A DNA stretch of 54,628 nucleotides from a virus (Duplodnaviria > Caudoviricetes): positions 1 through 54,628 of the IMG/VR virus record IMGVR_UViG_3300009111_000007. The stretch is one strand, 5' to 3'. The number at the start of each line of letters is the position of its first letter. Within the stretch, counting starts at the first letter, position 1. Of this stretch, positions 53,204-54,628 are shown one piece after another. The position numbers were made by a program, and so were the translations under genes. The notes under the pieces were generated by a model, which worked only from the letters and a program-made list of their open reading frames with translations, was not told where the DNA came from and made no database searches.

Positions 53204-54177
53204 TGGGCCAGAACATCCCGGCACCGCCCAACTACCAAGACCTCGTTCGGCAGCAGGCCCAGGCCGGCGCGCAAGCCGCGCGTCCGGACCAGACGACGCC
53301 CTTTGCGACCTCGGGGTGGACTTTCAACCCCACGACCGGCCAATGGCAGCAGAGGACGCAGCTTGCCGGCGGCCTCGGTCAGGCAGCCTCGGGCCTTGGC
53401 GAGCAGGCTGCCCAGCTCGGCGCCCAGGGTCTGAATTTCGGCGCCCTGCCCGCGGTGGGCACTGGCGACGAAGCGCGTCAGCAAGCTCTGGAAAGCGCCA
53501 TGGGCGCGGCACGGAGTCAACTCGACCCGATGTTCGCGCAGCGCGGTCAGGCGCTCGATGCCCGGCTTGCTGCACAAGGCCTTCTCCCTGGCTCCGCCGC
53601 TGCGCGCCGCGGTCGCCAGGAGCTGGCGGGAGAGCGTGGCGGCGCCTACCAGCAGGCGCTCGCCGGGGCCATCGGCCAGGCCACCCAGGCTGGTCAGGCG
53701 ATCACCCAACAGGACATGGCCCGCCGGCAGCAAGCGATGGCAGAGCTCCTGCGGGCGCGCGCGCAACCGCTGGAAGAACTCCAGGCGCTTCAGAACCTGA
53801 CATCCATGCCGGGCTTCCAGGCGGCGCCGACGCCCGACCTGATGGGCGCCGCTCAGGCCCAGTACGAGGGAACGCTCGCCCAGCAGCAGCTTCAGCAGCA
53901 GCAGATGTCCGATCTTTTCGGTGGCCTCGGCGACCTCGGGGGCGCCTTGGGCGGCCTGTTCATGCTATCGGACGTCCGAGTCAAGCGCTCCATCCGCCGT
54001 CACGGCGAAGCCCTGCCCGGCGTCGCGCTCGTGAGCTGGGAGTACCTGGCCATGCCCGGCGCGCGCTTCCTTGGGGTGCTGGCACAGGAACTTCGACGGG
54101 CCTGTCCGTGGCTCGTGATAGAAGGCAGCGACGGGCTCTTGCGAGTCAACTACTCTGGCCTGCTGGAGGTGTTTTGA
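53203..54177 (+). CDS. Gln/Ala-rich ejection-type protein with C-terminal intramolecular chaperone (peptidase S74-like)
   Basis: 'PAPPNY...RPDQTTPF' N-terminus; 'SDVRVKRSI...GVLAQEL...VNYSGL' C-terminus. Confidence 0.75.
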   Translation: MGQNIPAPPNYQDLVRQQAQAGAQAARPDQTTPFATSGWTFNPTTGQWQQRTQLAGGLGQAASGLGEQAAQLGAQGLNFGALPAVGTGDEARQQALESAMGAARSQLDPMFAQRGQALDARLAAQGLLPGSAAARRGRQELAGERGGAYQQALAGAIGQATQAGQAITQQDMARRQQAMAELLRARAQPLEELQALQNLTSMPGFQAAPTPDLMGAAQAQYEGTLAQQQLQQQQMSDLFGGLGDLGGALGGLFMLSDVRVKRSIRRHGEALPGVALVSWEYLAMPGARFLGVLAQELRRACPWLVIEGSDGLLRVNYSGLLEVF

Positions 54178-54503
54178 TGGCCGATCAGATGGGAGACCGA
54201 GAGGCGCTGCTCGAAATGCTTGGGCTCGGAGGAATGAGCGCCGAGCAAGCCGCCCTTCAACGTCAGTTTCGACGCGCACAGATGTTGCGGGGGATGGGCG
54301 GCGGTAACTTCCGCTCCGGGCCGGGCGCGGCCCTCGGCGCGCTCGCGCAAACGGTGGGCGGCGTGGCCGGCGGGCTGGCCGAGGCAGGCGCCGAGCGGGG
54401 CATGCAGGAGTTGGCTCCGAGGCAGGCGGCTGCGCGCGCTCGTGCGTTGCGGATCCTGCCGCTTCTTGGTCCCGAGTACGCCGGGTTGAAGGGGCTTCGC
54501 TGA
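54177..54503 (+). CDS. Small Gly/Ala-rich putative ejection protein
   Basis: GGAGG RBS; TGATG coupling at both ends. Confidence 0.6.
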   Translation: MADQMGDREALLEMLGLGGMSAEQAALQRQFRRAQMLRGMGGGNFRSGPGAALGALAQTVGGVAGGLAEAGAERGMQELAPRQAAARARALRILPLLGPEYAGLKGLR

Positions 54504-54628
54504 TGGCTCCACCTCGCCAGCCCTCCGGCCTCGAGCGCCTGCGAATGGCCGGCGGGCCCCTGCCGCCCTATCGTCTCAAGAACCCGGCCTGGGGCTCTGT
54601 CGAGGTGCCCGGCGAACTACCGCCAAGC
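54503..54628 (+). CDS. 5' part of a gene running off the window (probable N-terminus of ORF 14..1300)
   Basis: Coupled ATG and 42 open codons; shares 'APPRQPSGLERLRxAG' with ORF 14..1300. Confidence 0.6.
   Translation, partial: MAPPRQPSGLERLRMAGGPLPPYRLKNPAWGSVEVPGELPPS

Larger units (their letters stand above)
1..54628. mobile_element. Near-complete tailed bacteriophage genome (podovirus-like), circularly permuted
   Basis: TerS, TerL, portal, scaffold, capsid, adaptor, nozzle, ejection, endolysin, recombination and replication genes are all present, with no host genes. Gene order runs on from the right end into the left end. Confidence 0.93.

Overview
The window looks like an essentially complete, circularly permuted, high-GC dsDNA tailed-phage genome (~54.6 kb) with podovirus-like morphogenesis genes. 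The host is possibly Myxococcota, inferred only from a DGG/DAG-repeat protein. Layout: ejection, tail and lysis genes (1-11.4 kb, +); a leftward recombination and accessory operon with a DNA adenine MTase, PD-(D/E)xK nuclease, SMC-like ATPase and RecT (11.6-21.0 kb, -); an overlapping divergent promoter pair with an RHH regulator (~21.15 kb); a rightward replication operon with a PAPS-reductase-like protein, an initiator with internal iterons, a DnaC-like loader and a RusA-like resolvase (21.2-29.1 kb, +); a leftward early region of small ORFs driven by a triplicated promoter-operator cassette (29.1-38.7 kb, -); and packaging, head and tail genes (38.8-54.6 kb, +). I recognised no integrase, CI/S24 repressor, DNA polymerase, reverse transcriptase or CRISPR array. 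The most unusual feature is a promoter-driven non-coding RNA cluster at 13.3-14.3 kb (-). It has two tandem modules, each a hairpin-rich RNA ending in a shared CCG-GAGAGA-CGG hairpin followed directly by a tRNA-like element with no normal anticodon arm, and it lies upstream of an ASCH/DUF3850 gene. All protein calls come from motif recognition and synteny by eye; no database searches were run.
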